A stretch of DNA of 35,731 bases, taken from positions 1 through 35,731 of IMG/VR virus record IMGVR_UViG_2713896799_000024; one strand, written 5' to 3'. A model generated the notes under the pieces. It was not told where the DNA came from, searched no databases, and worked only from the letters and a program-made list of their open reading frames with translations. The position numbers were made by a program, and so were the translations under genes. Of the stretch, positions 18,905-28,608 are shown piece after piece; position 1 is the stretch's first letter; every line of letters begins with the position of its first letter. Origin of the DNA: a virus. Lineage: Duplodnaviria; Heunggongvirae; Uroviricota; Caudoviricetes.

Positions 18905-19157
18905 CGTTTTCGTCCTGACAGTGTTTAATCATTTTTACCTGGCTGGCACAGCGTGCCAGCGCGTTCTCAAGCTGCCGGATATCGGCACTTAAATCGCCGT
19001 TCGTCTCCGGGTCACTGCCCGGCATCGGGCAAAGACTCACTTTCGGGCAGGCGTTGTGGACAATCACTGGCGTCAGTGCAGGCCGGGCGCTGGTGCAACC
19101 GGCGCACAGCATCAGGTAGGTCAGCACCGTACCAGCGGCGAAAATCTTCGTTTTCAT
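18867..19157 (-). CDS. lysC: Outer-membrane spanin LysC (Rz1-like lipoprotein), overlapping the lysB 3' end and R 5' end
   Basis: 96-aa ORF with signal peptide plus lipobox-like LCAGC and proline-rich body; embedded/overlapping arrangement typical of o-spanins. Confidence 0.75.
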   Translation of the reverse strand: MKTKIFAAGTVLTYLMLCAGCTSARPALTPVIVHNACPKVSLCPMPGSDPETNGDLSADIRQLENALARCASQVKMIKHCQDENDAQTRQPAQGAD

Positions 19158-19437
19158 TAAGTAACCTCATGATGGTTTTCTCGCGCTGTGCTTCACGCTT
19201 CGCGGCGTTCTCCAGCTCCTGACGCAGTGCCACCTGCGCCAGCTCGTTTTTGTCTGCCCTGGTGAGTGCAACATGAAGCTGGTTTTTCAGCATGGTGATG
19301 GTCGTCTGCTGTTCACTGGCGACGTTGTTCGCCCTGTCCAGCGAGGCGCGCAGGCTGGCATTTTTGTGTTTCACCAGAAACAGCCCCGCTACCGCCAGCG
19401 ATAACAACACGACCAGCACAATCATCAGCTTTGACAT
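19012..19437 (-). CDS. lysB: Inner-membrane spanin LysB (Rz-like)
   Basis: 141-aa ORF, N-terminal TM helix followed by coiled-coil. Confidence 0.85.
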   Translation of the reverse strand: MSKLMIVLVVLLSLAVAGLFLVKHKNASLRASLDRANNVASEQQTTITMLKNQLHVALTRADKNELAQVALRQELENAAKREAQREKTIMRLLNENEDFRRWYGADLPDAVRRLHQRPACTDASDCPQRLPESESLPDAGQ

Positions 19438-19850
19438 AATTCCCGCCCCTCAAGACGCTGACGACAGGCTTTACGTATCAGCCGGAAAAACAGCGACGCC
19501 ACAAGATAAATCAGCGCGGTAAAAATCCACCCGGCAGCGACCAGCGAGATAAACGTCGCCACCATCACCACCAGAGCCGCTGCCCGTCTGCGCCACGGCA
19601 CCGGCTGCAAAAACAGCGACGTGACAATCTTCACGGCCAGCGATTCCGGCGACAGCTCCCGCCCGTAGCGTTCCAGCACATACTCAGTGGCATACACGCC
19701 GACACCAACGGCAACCACACAGATAACCGTCGCCAGAATCGCCCAGGCAGCGACAAAATTGACGGCCACGCTCTGCGGGTAAATCAGGGACAGTGCCAGC
19801 ATCAGCGCCAGCGACACATTCAGCATCAGTGAAAGGGATAATTTCTTCAT
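19425..19850 (-). CDS. lysA: Lysis regulatory membrane protein LysA
   Basis: 141-aa multi-TM ORF between K and lysB. Confidence 0.8.
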   Translation of the reverse strand: MKKLSLSLMLNVSLALMLALSLIYPQSVAVNFVAAWAILATVICVVAVGVGVYATEYVLERYGRELSPESLAVKIVTSLFLQPVPWRRRAAALVVMVATFISLVAAGWIFTALIYLVASLFFRLIRKACRQRLEGRELCQS

Positions 19851-19864
19851 GGTGTTTACTCCGT

Positions 19865-20362
19865 TTAAGCCGGTACGCCGCCAGCGGTACGCCAGACGGT
19901 GACCAGTTTTTCCAGTGAATGCTCACGCTGACCGTAACCGGCACCCGGCAGGGACGCCCAGATATTGCGACAGCGTGAAATGGCGCGCTCAATGCGTCCC
20001 GCCCGGATGTCATCCAGTGCACCGCGTTCGCGGATCAACTGAATGGCGAGCCTGTCCTGTGACAACGGACTGAAATCCGGCAGGGCAAGCTGTTTGCGGT
20101 AGTGCGGCCAGAACAGGTAAAGCTGCTGATAGCGACCGGAGGCCGTGGATTTTTCACCGCGACGGTTAAACACCTTCGCCGGTCGGCCATGCGCGAACGG
20201 GTGGTCACTGTAGTCAGTGAAAATTTCCGGCTTCCCGTCCAGTCCGGTGACTATCACGTCATAGCCCCGGTTTTTCGTCAGCGGATGATTCGCCGTCCCT
20301 TCGGACACGGCCAGCATGTCGAGAAAGGCCGCGATATTCTGATGCGTGTTAATTACCGGCAT
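19865..20362 (-). CDS. K: Endolysin K (lysozyme)
   Basis: 165-aa ORF MPVINTHQNIAAFLDMLAVSEGT..., phage lysozyme family, after holin Y. Confidence 0.9.
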   Translation of the reverse strand: MPVINTHQNIAAFLDMLAVSEGTANHPLTKNRGYDVIVTGLDGKPEIFTDYSDHPFAHGRPAKVFNRRGEKSTASGRYQQLYLFWPHYRKQLALPDFSPLSQDRLAIQLIRERGALDDIRAGRIERAISRCRNIWASLPGAGYGQREHSLEKLVTVWRTAGGVPA

Positions 20363-20643
20363 TACTGTTTCCCCCTGCCCTTAAAACGGCGCTGAATGGC
20401 AATCTCAATCACCTGATAACCGGCGATACCCAGCATGGAGCCGATACCGCACACCGCAGGCAGTGACAGGTCAGGAAACTGCACCAGAACAACACCGGCA
20501 ACCATCGAGACAAAACCACCGAGCAACATGCGCCCGATAAACAGACGCGGGGTGATGGGTTCACCACCGGCAAGCACCTTGCCGACAACAATCAGCACCC
20601 CAATCATGAAAAGCGACAGGACGCTTTTTTCTTCTGCTGTCAT
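20362..20643 (-). CDS. Y: Holin Y
   Basis: 93-aa ORF with hydrophobic TM segments, overlaps K start. Confidence 0.88.
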   Translation of the reverse strand: MTAEEKSVLSLFMIGVLIVVGKVLAGGEPITPRLFIGRMLLGGFVSMVAGVVLVQFPDLSLPAVCGIGSMLGIAGYQVIEIAIQRRFKGRGKQ

Positions 20644-20646
20644 GCG

Positions 20647-20850
20647 TTACTCCCACAGATTGACAGTTTCAGCCACGGGCGCGGTCTGAACGTCGGGCAG
20701 TTCGACGGCGGTGCCATGCGGCAGCACCGCACCCAGTTCAGCCAGTCCCGGATTTGCGGCGAGCACGGTCTCAACCACGCCCTCAGTGCGCCCGTAATAC
20801 CGGACACAGATGGCGTCGAGCGTGTCGCCCTGTAGCGCAAAGGTCTTCAT
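20647..20850 (-). CDS. X: Tail protein X (LysM-like)
   Basis: 67 aa from MKTFALQGDTLDAICVRYYGRTEG...; ATGA start/stop overlap with L. Confidence 0.85.
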   Translation of the reverse strand: MKTFALQGDTLDAICVRYYGRTEGVVETVLAANPGLAELGAVLPHGTAVELPDVQTAPVAETVNLWE

Positions 20851-21359
20851 CAGATTTGACTCACGATGCAGCGCGGCTTGTCCTGGATACGCGCCACCGC
20901 CCAGCGCATATCCCGCCACAGTTCATCAATGGTGCTGTCAATGCTGTCAGCCTTCTTGTCGCCTTTCGAACTGGCATCCACGCCGCGGTAACGCTCATAA
21001 AGCGACGCGGTCGCCATCGCACACACGGCGCGCTCGTAGTAAAAAACTTTGATGCTTTCACCGTCGATATCGTCTGCCGGAACGTCCGCCAGACGCGTAA
21101 AACCGGCGGCAATTTTCTGTTCGCGGTACTCGTACAGCTCCGCATTTGTTTCCGCCATGCCTGACTTGATGGCCTCACGCAGACGGGCGGGGGCGACGGT
21201 CTGCTCAAGGCGCATACGTTCCCGGACGCGCTTCGGGTCGATATCGGGAAAAAAGAACGTGTTTTTAATCACCGGCTCGTCGCCTGCCGGTTGCGGGATG
21301 ACCACCGTACCCTCACCGGATACAGGAGCCTCCTTTCGCGGAATAATCAGCGTCATCAT
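20850..21359 (-). CDS. L: Head completion/stabilisation protein L
   Basis: Translation from MMTLIIPRKEAPVSG...; listed ORF extends further 5' to 21419. Confidence 0.85.
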   Translation of the reverse strand: MMTLIIPRKEAPVSGEGTVVIPQPAGDEPVIKNTFFFPDIDPKRVRERMRLEQTVAPARLREAIKSGMAETNAELYEYREQKIAAGFTRLADVPADDIDGESIKVFYYERAVCAMATASLYERYRGVDASSKGDKKADSIDSTIDELWRDMRWAVARIQDKPRCIVSQI

Positions 21360-21458
21360 GACTACCTCTGAAAAGTCGGGCGGTGGACGCCGGTGCAGTG
21401 TCAGGTGATTCACCCTCACTGACCGGCGTGCCGCCCTGGCGCGGGGCGCATTCGGTTG

Positions 21459-22202
21459 TTAACTGGCTTTCTTTTTCGGGCGTCCACGTTTTGCCGGTGT
21501 CGCACTCCGGGTCTTACGCGGGGCGCGGGTGGCCGCTTTTGGCTGCGGCTCCGGCTTCGGTTTCAGCTCCCGCTCCAGTCGTTCAATCTCTTTTTTGACG
21601 CCTGCCTGACAGTCGAGCTGTGTCGCACGTTGCAGGTGAGCCAGCGCACCGGCGGCATCACCACCATCACGCAGAAACAGACCGGTGATTTTGTGCAGCT
21701 TTGCGCGCACTTCATCAGGCATGTCTGCCGTGGCGGTCAGTTCAAGGGTTTCCGTCAGCAGGCGGGTATCCACAGATTCACCGGCAGCGTGGGCGCGCAT
21801 GGCCGCGAGCGCGACCTCCTCGGTGAACATGTACGGCGGGGTGCGGCGGTGTTTACCCGGCATGGTCAGACCGTACTTCAGGGCATAACGGGCAATCTCC
21901 AGCGCACCGGCAATATCTCCGGTATCCAGACGCCACAGCATGACCGTCATCAGAATGTCATCCTGTGCGCCTTTGCCCTGCTCCAGCACGCCGTTCACCC
22001 ACGGCAACCAGAACGGCAGCAGTTCGCGTTTTTTCGCGGCCTTCAGCTCTTTTGAATAAATCGCTTTCAGTGTGCGCTGGTCTGCGGCCAGCTTGACCAG
22101 CATCTGCTCATAGACAGTTGCATGTCGCAGCGGGGCGGCTTCCCGCTGCGCGGTCATCGCTGCCGAGACCCGCATCATGTGGCGCTGTGCGGGACTCGTC
22201 AT
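21459..22202 (-). CDS. M: Terminase small (endonuclease) subunit M
   Basis: 247-aa ORF with basic K/R/P-rich C-terminus, between N and L. Confidence 0.88.
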   Translation of the reverse strand: MTSPAQRHMMRVSAAMTAQREAAPLRHATVYEQMLVKLAADQRTLKAIYSKELKAAKKRELLPFWLPWVNGVLEQGKGAQDDILMTVMLWRLDTGDIAGALEIARYALKYGLTMPGKHRRTPPYMFTEEVALAAMRAHAAGESVDTRLLTETLELTATADMPDEVRAKLHKITGLFLRDGGDAAGALAHLQRATQLDCQAGVKKEIERLERELKPKPEPQPKAATRAPRKTRSATPAKRGRPKKKAS

Positions 22203-22205
22203 CGG

Positions 22206-23279
22206 TTACGCTCCCGGCTCTGCGGTCGCCTTAGCCGGTGTGGAGAAGTCACCGACCTTGATTTTTTCCACCAGACAACCGGCGGCGTAGTCTTCCACCA
22301 CGTAATCAATGTTCATTGACTCGTAGTTCTCCACGCGGTCGAGTTTCGGGTTTTCCTCAATCACGCGGCGATGGCTGTCATCCATGTAGTAGATGGACAG
22401 GTTTTCCAGCTTCGTGATGAGCATCGCATCCGCCGGGAAGTACGGGACGCGTACCGCTGGCAGGTTACCGATGCGTTTCTGGCTGATGATGACGTCAGCG
22501 GCCAGCATTTCGCTGTTGTCCTGCTCCTTGTTAACGATGGGGAAATACTTGTCCGCCAGTAACTGACGTCCCACTATCACCACAAGGTCAGGGTCTTCCT
22601 GATACCACGGTTCGATCAGGTTGTTGGTCGCATCCATCACCAGTGCATCAAGGCTGGCATAATCACCGCCCTTACCCACGCGGATGACCTCAGAGGTCGT
22701 GTGACCTTCCTCGTCAGTGACCTTGCTCATCACGCGCGCCGGTGCTTCATTGCGGTATTTCTGCAGCCAGCCGACCGCCACATCCTGCAGCATCGGATTA
22801 CTGTTGCGGTCAGAGGTTTCGGCACGCTTCACGCCGTTAAAACCGGCCATGATGAAATCAAGGGACTGGCGTTTGATAATGGCGTTACGGATACGGAGCT
22901 GGAAATCCTGATAACGCGCCCACAGGTCAAGCGTTTTATAGCGGATATAAAAATCGAAGTTGATCTGGTCGCATTCGTACTTGTTGGACTCCAGCTTCGA
23001 GAAGTCCTTCGGCTGACGCTCGGTGCCACCGGCGGTGTCGGTGGTGCTGGCAATGGAGCCGGTGACACCGACGCCAATTTTTTCCCCTTTCATTTCGCTG
23101 ACCGGCACAATATTGATGCGGGTCAGAAAGTCGGAAGACTCCTGCATGGTGTCCATCAGGGTCTGGGTGACCGAAGGTTCAACGGTGAATTTTTTCGACA
23201 CATCACCGGCGTCGATGCCGTTCAGTTCGGCAACACGGGACAGGTAGGCATTAAATTTAAAGCGGGTTTCCTGGCGCAT
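22206..23279 (-). CDS. N: Major capsid protein N
   Basis: 357-aa ORF MRQETRFKFNAYLSRVAELNGIDAG... Confidence 0.92.
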   Translation of the reverse strand: MRQETRFKFNAYLSRVAELNGIDAGDVSKKFTVEPSVTQTLMDTMQESSDFLTRINIVPVSEMKGEKIGVGVTGSIASTTDTAGGTERQPKDFSKLESNKYECDQINFDFYIRYKTLDLWARYQDFQLRIRNAIIKRQSLDFIMAGFNGVKRAETSDRNSNPMLQDVAVGWLQKYRNEAPARVMSKVTDEEGHTTSEVIRVGKGGDYASLDALVMDATNNLIEPWYQEDPDLVVIVGRQLLADKYFPIVNKEQDNSEMLAADVIISQKRIGNLPAVRVPYFPADAMLITKLENLSIYYMDDSHRRVIEENPKLDRVENYESMNIDYVVEDYAAGCLVEKIKVGDFSTPAKATAEPGA

Positions 23280-23337
23280 ATTTTTTCCTGAAATTAAGGG
23301 TTAATCGTGAAGGTTTGCCCGGACTGGCTGACGCCGG

Positions 23338-24192
23338 TCAGCAGTTCGTCATCAGGGCGTCACCACCACCGCCGGTGGCTTTGCTGCGGCGCTGCTGGGT
23401 CAGACTTTCGGTGCTGTCGAGACTGTTTTTCAGGCGGGTGAATGCCTGGCTGGTTTCATCCGCCCTGTCAGTCACATCCTGCTTAAGTGCAGAAAAGGCG
23501 GTTTCCATCTCTGCGAGGCGCTGCTCAGTGGCGCTCAGTTTTTCCTGCACATGTTCAGCGACAGCGGTCACCGCTTCATGCACATCATTCAGACGGGCGT
23601 CATCGCTGGCCTGTTTGCGGCCAAAAATGGATTTCACCTTTTCGGTCAGGGCGGTGAACACGGTTTCAGGCAGGTCTTCAAATTCCAGCTCAACAGGCGT
23701 TGCCACTGAAATCAGATTTTCAGGGCTTAATTTGAAGCGGTTCAGGGGGTTGTGTTTTGCCGTGCGGCAGAATTCCAGGTATTCCGTGCCGAGGCTTGCC
23801 GGGTCATCGGTGACGGCCAGCCCCACCAGATAACATTTGCCGGTGTTGGCAAAGTTCGGCTGAATTTCCATTGAGGTGTAGACCTTCTGCGCGGCCTTGT
23901 TCATCGCGATAAGGTCATCGGTCGGGGTGATTTTCGCAAACAGCGCCCATTTGCCTTTCAGCGCCGAATCATCGTCAATCTTTTCGGCCTTCAGTTCGGT
24001 CACATCGCCATAACGCTTAAAAATACCGTCAGGCAGGATGCCGCGCAGATGTTCCAGGTTAATGCGGCAACCATAGACACGCGGGTCAAAGGTTTCGGCC
24101 ATTTCCTGAATATCCTGCGCACTGATGACACGCCCGTCACAGGTGTCACCCTCAACGCCGATACGAAAGAATTTTGAGACTTTTTTTGCCAT
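23338..24192 (-). CDS. O: Capsid scaffolding protein O
   Basis: Translation from MAKKVSKFFRIGVEGDTCDGR...; listed ORF extends 5' to 24258. Confidence 0.88.
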   Translation of the reverse strand: MAKKVSKFFRIGVEGDTCDGRVISAQDIQEMAETFDPRVYGCRINLEHLRGILPDGIFKRYGDVTELKAEKIDDDSALKGKWALFAKITPTDDLIAMNKAAQKVYTSMEIQPNFANTGKCYLVGLAVTDDPASLGTEYLEFCRTAKHNPLNRFKLSPENLISVATPVELEFEDLPETVFTALTEKVKSIFGRKQASDDARLNDVHEAVTAVAEHVQEKLSATEQRLAEMETAFSALKQDVTDRADETSQAFTRLKNSLDSTESLTQQRRSKATGGGGDALMTNC

Positions 24193-24278
24193 TGTCAGGA
24201 GTCCTGAATAGTGATTAGAGGAGTCACATGTCGGCATCAGTTTCCCGACGATGCGCATCCTCCGCCATCAGTCCCGGA

Positions 24279-24296
24279 TGGCTTATCACTGACACA
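24279..24296. promoter_or_regulatory. Candidate Ogr-type late promoter dyad in the O/P divergent region
   Basis: tggcttatcactgacacaACAG: TGG-N12-ACA + ACAG, same core as the 6675 and 16318 elements; centre about 95 bp from the O ATG and about 78 bp from the P ATG. Which of P_O / P_P it represents is unresolved. Confidence 0.5.
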
Positions 24297-24365
24297 ACAG
24301 CACCTTAGCGAATCGCGGGGCGCGACTCAGTAGCCTTGCCGTGTATTCATCACGGCGAGGTATTC

Positions 24366-26138
24366 ATGACCATCACCACAGACACCACTCTTTTACACGA
24401 CCCGCGTCGTCAGGCGGCGCTGCTGTACTGGCAGGGATTTTCCGTGCCGCAGATTGCCGCCATGTTGCAGATGAAACGCCCGACGGTGCAGAGCTGGAAA
24501 CAGCGCGACGGCTGGGACAGCGTTGCCCCCATCAGCCGTGTCGAAATGAGCCTGGAAGCGCGGCTGACCCAGCTCATCATCAAACCGCAGAAAACCGGCG
24601 GTGACTTCAAGGAAATTGACCTGCTGGGACGCCAGATTGAACGACTGGCACGGGTAAATCGCTACAGCCAGACCGGCAACGAGGCAGACCTTAATCCGAA
24701 CGTCGCTAACCGCAACAAAGGCGGGCGGCGCAAACCGAAAAAGAATTTTTTCAGTGACGAGGCCATCGAAAAGCTGGAGCAGATTTTCTTTGAGCAGTCT
24801 TTCGAATATCAGTTGCACTGGTATCGCGCCGGGCTTGAGCACCGCATCCGCGATATTCTGAAATCCCGCCAGATTGGCGCGACGTTTTATTTTTCCCGCG
24901 AGGCGCTGCTGCGTGCCCTGAAAACCGGTCATAACCAGATTTTTCTGTCGGCCAGTAAAACGCAGGCGTATGTGTTCCGCGAATACATCATCGCCTTTGC
25001 CCGTCTGGTTGACGTTGACCTTACCGGTGACCCGATTGTCCTGGGCAATAACGGCGCAAAACTGATTTTTCTCGGCACCAACTCCAACACCGCACAGAGC
25101 CATAACGGCGACCTGTACGTCGACGAGATTTTCTGGATCCCGAATTTTCAGGTACTGCGTAAGGTGGCATCAGGTATGGCCTCACAGAGTCACCTGCGCT
25201 CGACCTATTTCTCCACCCCGTCCACGCTGGCGCACGACGCCTATCCGTTCTGGTCCGGTGAACTGTTCAACCGGGGACGCGCCAGCGCCGCTGAACGCGT
25301 GGAAATCGACGTCAGTCATAACGCCCTTGCCGGTGGGCTTCTCTGTGCGGACGGCCAGTGGCGGCAGATTGTCACCATTGAAGACGCCCTGAAAGGCGGC
25401 TGCACATTGTTCGACATTGAGCAGCTCAAACGCGAAAACAGCGCCGACGATTTTAAAAACCTGTTCATGTGTGAATTTGTTGACGACAAGGCATCGGTGT
25501 TCCCGTTCGAGGAGTTGCAACGCTGCATGGTCGACACGCTGGAAGAATGGGAAGACTACGCGCCGTTTGCCGCAAATCCGTTCGGCCCCCGCCCGGTATG
25601 GATTGGTTACGACCCGTCACACCGTGGCGACAGCGCCGGATGCGTGGTGCTGGCACCGCCGGTGGTGGCCGGAGGTAAATTCAGAATACTTGAGCGTCAC
25701 CAGTGGAAAGGCATGGACTTTGCCACCCAGGCGGAGTCCATCCGCAAACTCACCGAAAAATACAACGTCGAATACATCGGTATTGATGCCACCGGCCTCG
25801 GTGTCGGCGTGTTCCAGCTCGTGCGCTCGTTCTATCCCGCCGCGCGCGATATCCGCTACACACCGGAAATGAAAACCGCAATGGTGCTCAAGGCAAAAGA
25901 CGTCATCCGCCGTGGCTGTCTGGAATATGACGTCAGCGCCACCGACATCACCAGCTCGTTTATGGCTATCCGCAAGACCATGACCAGCAGCGGACGCAGC
26001 GCCACCTATGAGGCCAGCCGCAGCGAGGAAGCCAGCCACGCCGACCTCGCCTGGGCGACCATGCACGCCCTGTTAAATGAGCCACTCACCGCCGGTATCA
26101 GCACCCCGCTGACATCCACCATTCTGGAGTTTTACTGA
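24366..26138 (+). CDS. P: Terminase large (ATPase) subunit P
   Basis: Translation from MTITTDTTLLHDPRRQAALLYW... with GAGG SD 6-9 nt upstream; divergent from O. Confidence 0.92.
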   Translation: MTITTDTTLLHDPRRQAALLYWQGFSVPQIAAMLQMKRPTVQSWKQRDGWDSVAPISRVEMSLEARLTQLIIKPQKTGGDFKEIDLLGRQIERLARVNRYSQTGNEADLNPNVANRNKGGRRKPKKNFFSDEAIEKLEQIFFEQSFEYQLHWYRAGLEHRIRDILKSRQIGATFYFSREALLRALKTGHNQIFLSASKTQAYVFREYIIAFARLVDVDLTGDPIVLGNNGAKLIFLGTNSNTAQSHNGDLYVDEIFWIPNFQVLRKVASGMASQSHLRSTYFSTPSTLAHDAYPFWSGELFNRGRASAAERVEIDVSHNALAGGLLCADGQWRQIVTIEDALKGGCTLFDIEQLKRENSADDFKNLFMCEFVDDKASVFPFEELQRCMVDTLEEWEDYAPFAANPFGPRPVWIGYDPSHRGDSAGCVVLAPPVVAGGKFRILERHQWKGMDFATQAESIRKLTEKYNVEYIGIDATGLGVGVFQLVRSFYPAARDIRYTPEMKTAMVLKAKDVIRRGCLEYDVSATDITSSFMAIRKTMTSSGRSATYEASRSEEASHADLAWATMHALLNEPLTAGISTPLTSTILEFY

Positions 26139-27172
26139 TGAGCAAGAAAAAAGGGAAAACACCGCAACCTGCGGCAAAAAAAATGACCGCCAGCGCCCCG
26201 AAAATGGAGGCATTCACCTTTGGTGAGCCGGTGCCGGTACTCGACCGCCGTGACATTCTGGATTACGTCGAGTGCATCAGTAACGGCAGATGGTATGAGC
26301 CACCGGTCAGCTTTACCGGTCTGGCAAAAAGCCTGCGTGCTGCCGTGCATCACAGCTCACCGATTTACGTCAAACGTAATATTCTGGCCTCGACATTTAT
26401 CCCGCATCCGTGGCTTTCCCAGCAGGATTTCAGCCGCTTTGTGCTGGATTTTCTGGTGTTCGGTAATGCGTTTCTGGAAAAGCGTTACAGCACCACCGGT
26501 AAGGTCATCAGACTGGAAACCTCACCGGCAAAATATACCCGCCGTGGCGTGGAAGAGGATGTTTACTGGTGGGTGCCGTCCTTCCATGAGCCGACACCTT
26601 TCGCGCCCGGCTCCGTGTTTCACCTGCTGGAGCCGGATATTAATCAGGAGCTGTACGGCCTGCCGGAATATCTCAGCGCCCTTAACTCTGCCTGGCTGAA
26701 TGAGTCGGCCACGCTGTTCCGCCGCAAGTATTACGAAAACGGCGCACATGCCGGATACATCATGTACGTCACCGATGCCGTGCAGGATCGCAACGATATC
26801 GAAATGCTCCGCGAAAACATGGTGAAGTCGAAAGGCCGCAACAACTTTAAAAATCTGTTTCTCTATGCCCCGCAGGGGAAAGCCGACGGCATTAAAATTA
26901 TCCCGCTCAGTGAAGTGGCGACGAAGGACGATTTTTTTAATATCAAAAAAGCCAGCGCCGCTGACCTGCTGGACGCACACCGCATCCCCTTTCAGTTGAT
27001 GGGCGGCAAGCCGGAGAACGTCGGGTCACTGGGAGATATTGAGAAAGTGGCAAAGGTCTTTGTCCGCAATGAGCTTATCCCGTTACAGGACAGGATCCGC
27101 GAGATAAACGGCTGGCTCGGTCAGGAGGTCATCCGCTTTAAAAACTACTCACTGGCCACTGACAACGGCTGA
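26138..27172 (+). CDS. Q: Portal protein Q
   Basis: 344-aa ORF, ATGA overlap with the P stop. Confidence 0.92.
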   Translation: MSKKKGKTPQPAAKKMTASAPKMEAFTFGEPVPVLDRRDILDYVECISNGRWYEPPVSFTGLAKSLRAAVHHSSPIYVKRNILASTFIPHPWLSQQDFSRFVLDFLVFGNAFLEKRYSTTGKVIRLETSPAKYTRRGVEEDVYWWVPSFHEPTPFAPGSVFHLLEPDINQELYGLPEYLSALNSAWLNESATLFRRKYYENGAHAGYIMYVTDAVQDRNDIEMLRENMVKSKGRNNFKNLFLYAPQGKADGIKIIPLSEVATKDDFFNIKKASAADLLDAHRIPFQLMGGKPENVGSLGDIEKVAKVFVRNELIPLQDRIREINGWLGQEVIRFKNYSLATDNG

Positions 27173-27177
27173 ACATC

Positions 27178-27199
27178 GCCGCCTGCGGGCGGCTTTTTT
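27178..27199 (+). terminator. Rho-independent terminator after Q
   Basis: gccgcc-tgcg-ggcggc hairpin followed by TTTTTT, 6 bp after the Q stop codon. Confidence 0.8.
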
Positions 27200-27341
27200 A
27201 CAACCCGCCATCACGCCCTCACACGCTCACCACCGCACAAAACAGCCCGCATACACACCAACGCCCCGGCGAACAATCTAAACGCCATCACGACGCGCTC
27301 AGACGCTGAAAAAATAAAATCAGCACCACCGCCAGCGCGCA

Positions 27342-27360
27342 GTGCTTTCCCCGCCTCGCC
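27342..27360. other. cos: P2-type cos site (19-nt cohesive end, reverse complement of GGCGAGGCGGGGAAAGCAC)
   Basis: Exact 19-mer gtgctttccccgcctcgcc present between Q and the A-side region, where P2 cos lies in prophage orientation; the cos sequence is recalled from memory. Confidence 0.7.
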
Positions 27361-27575
27361 TGCCCGCTTTATGGGTCGGTTTTAATGCAGGTGCACGAAT
27401 ACACCGGAGGCGCGCCGGCACTGGTGGCGCTCAGACGCAACAGGGGAGGAAAACGCATGCAATTGAATGCATTTCTAGGCACACCTAAAAATGAAAAAAT
27501 GTTATGACAATTAATCATTTTAAACACACTGATTAAGGGTAGAATTCTCCTAGTAAAATCATAGAAAAACCGCTA

Positions 27576-28505
27576 TCAAACCAGGCTTTTGCCTTGCTTC
27601 ATTTTTTTAGATGAGTCTAAAAATTTGAAATTACCATTAGATGAAAATATTCTTTCTGCGGTATGCCGAATGACTGAAGTATTGAAGACCGCAGCCTGCT
27701 CCTCATTACAACTGAATACACCCTCATGACCATCAAACTCGCCCGCCAAAAGAAGGTTTTTTGATACTGGGAACAAAACTAAAGTGTCTTTTACACCAAA
27801 CCCGGGGGAATAAGGGCCTCGTGCTAATTCAGGATTAGTCCACATTAAGCAAACTGGGTTATCTGAAGTTATAAATGACCCTTGCCCATCAGATATGGTC
27901 ATAAGTGACCAGTTGCGTTGATGCAACAACTTGGTGATAACAGGTACACATTTCATTTCCATATCTATCATGAACTCTCTGATTACATTGATTTCGAAAT
28001 TATCCCCATCCACAAAATTTTTAATTTTTTCGTAAGCGAGATCATATGGCAAAGACTCACCCATTTCTTTCTCATAAGCTAATTTGCAATCGTCCCAACG
28101 CTCAGCCGAACTAACTGAGGATTTCATGATAAACTTTGCTATTTGTTTCAATGGAGATGATAAATGTTCTCGCTGAGCAGGCGTACGTATTGCCAATAAG
28201 GAAATAAACTCCAGAATAACATCTTTGGTTTCGCCTGAAAACTCGCCCCCCTCCTCAAGTTTTCTTAAATGAGTAGCGACACTGCCTTCAAACTCTGCAA
28301 GAGAACTCTCGAGATAGTTTGGGTCAACTCCATCCAATTCTAATCGGTTGAAATCTCTAACCCCCCCGACATTGCGAGTATTACTCTCAAAGGTTTTGCG
28401 CTCCTTTAAATCTATTACAGTTAATTTTGATTTTTTCCCCCCATTACTTGTAAACCCTTTCAAATAACATTGGGATAAAAAATGATGATGCCTTGCAACA
28501 CTCAT
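27576..28505 (-). CDS. Cargo gene at the P2 tin/old position: DUF4238-like protein (309 aa), candidate single-gene anti-phage protein
   Basis: Translation from MSVARHHHFLSQCYLKGFTSNGG... (HH-x-P/S-Q-x-YL-x-GF N-terminal signature of DUF4238); GGAG SD 7 nt upstream; visibly AT-rich; downstream of A on the same strand, where P2 carries tin/old. Confidence 0.7.
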   Translation of the reverse strand: MSVARHHHFLSQCYLKGFTSNGGKKSKLTVIDLKERKTFESNTRNVGGVRDFNRLELDGVDPNYLESSLAEFEGSVATHLRKLEEGGEFSGETKDVILEFISLLAIRTPAQREHLSSPLKQIAKFIMKSSVSSAERWDDCKLAYEKEMGESLPYDLAYEKIKNFVDGDNFEINVIREFMIDMEMKCVPVITKLLHQRNWSLMTISDGQGSFITSDNPVCLMWTNPELARGPYSPGFGVKDTLVLFPVSKNLLLAGEFDGHEGVFSCNEEQAAVFNTSVIRHTAERIFSSNGNFKFLDSSKKMKQGKSLV

Positions 28506-28608
28506 ACTCAGCTCCGTTATGGCTATAATCGCATAAATAATAAGCACTTATATTGCAATCATCTAGTTAAATACACAATATTTATGACTCCGAAATTTCA
28601 TTAAATCA

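Noticed and set aside
21456-22055. 199-aa plus-strand ORF
   Set aside because: Antisense within terminase small subunit gene M.
24393-25103. 236-aa minus-strand ORF
   Set aside because: Antisense within terminase large subunit gene P.
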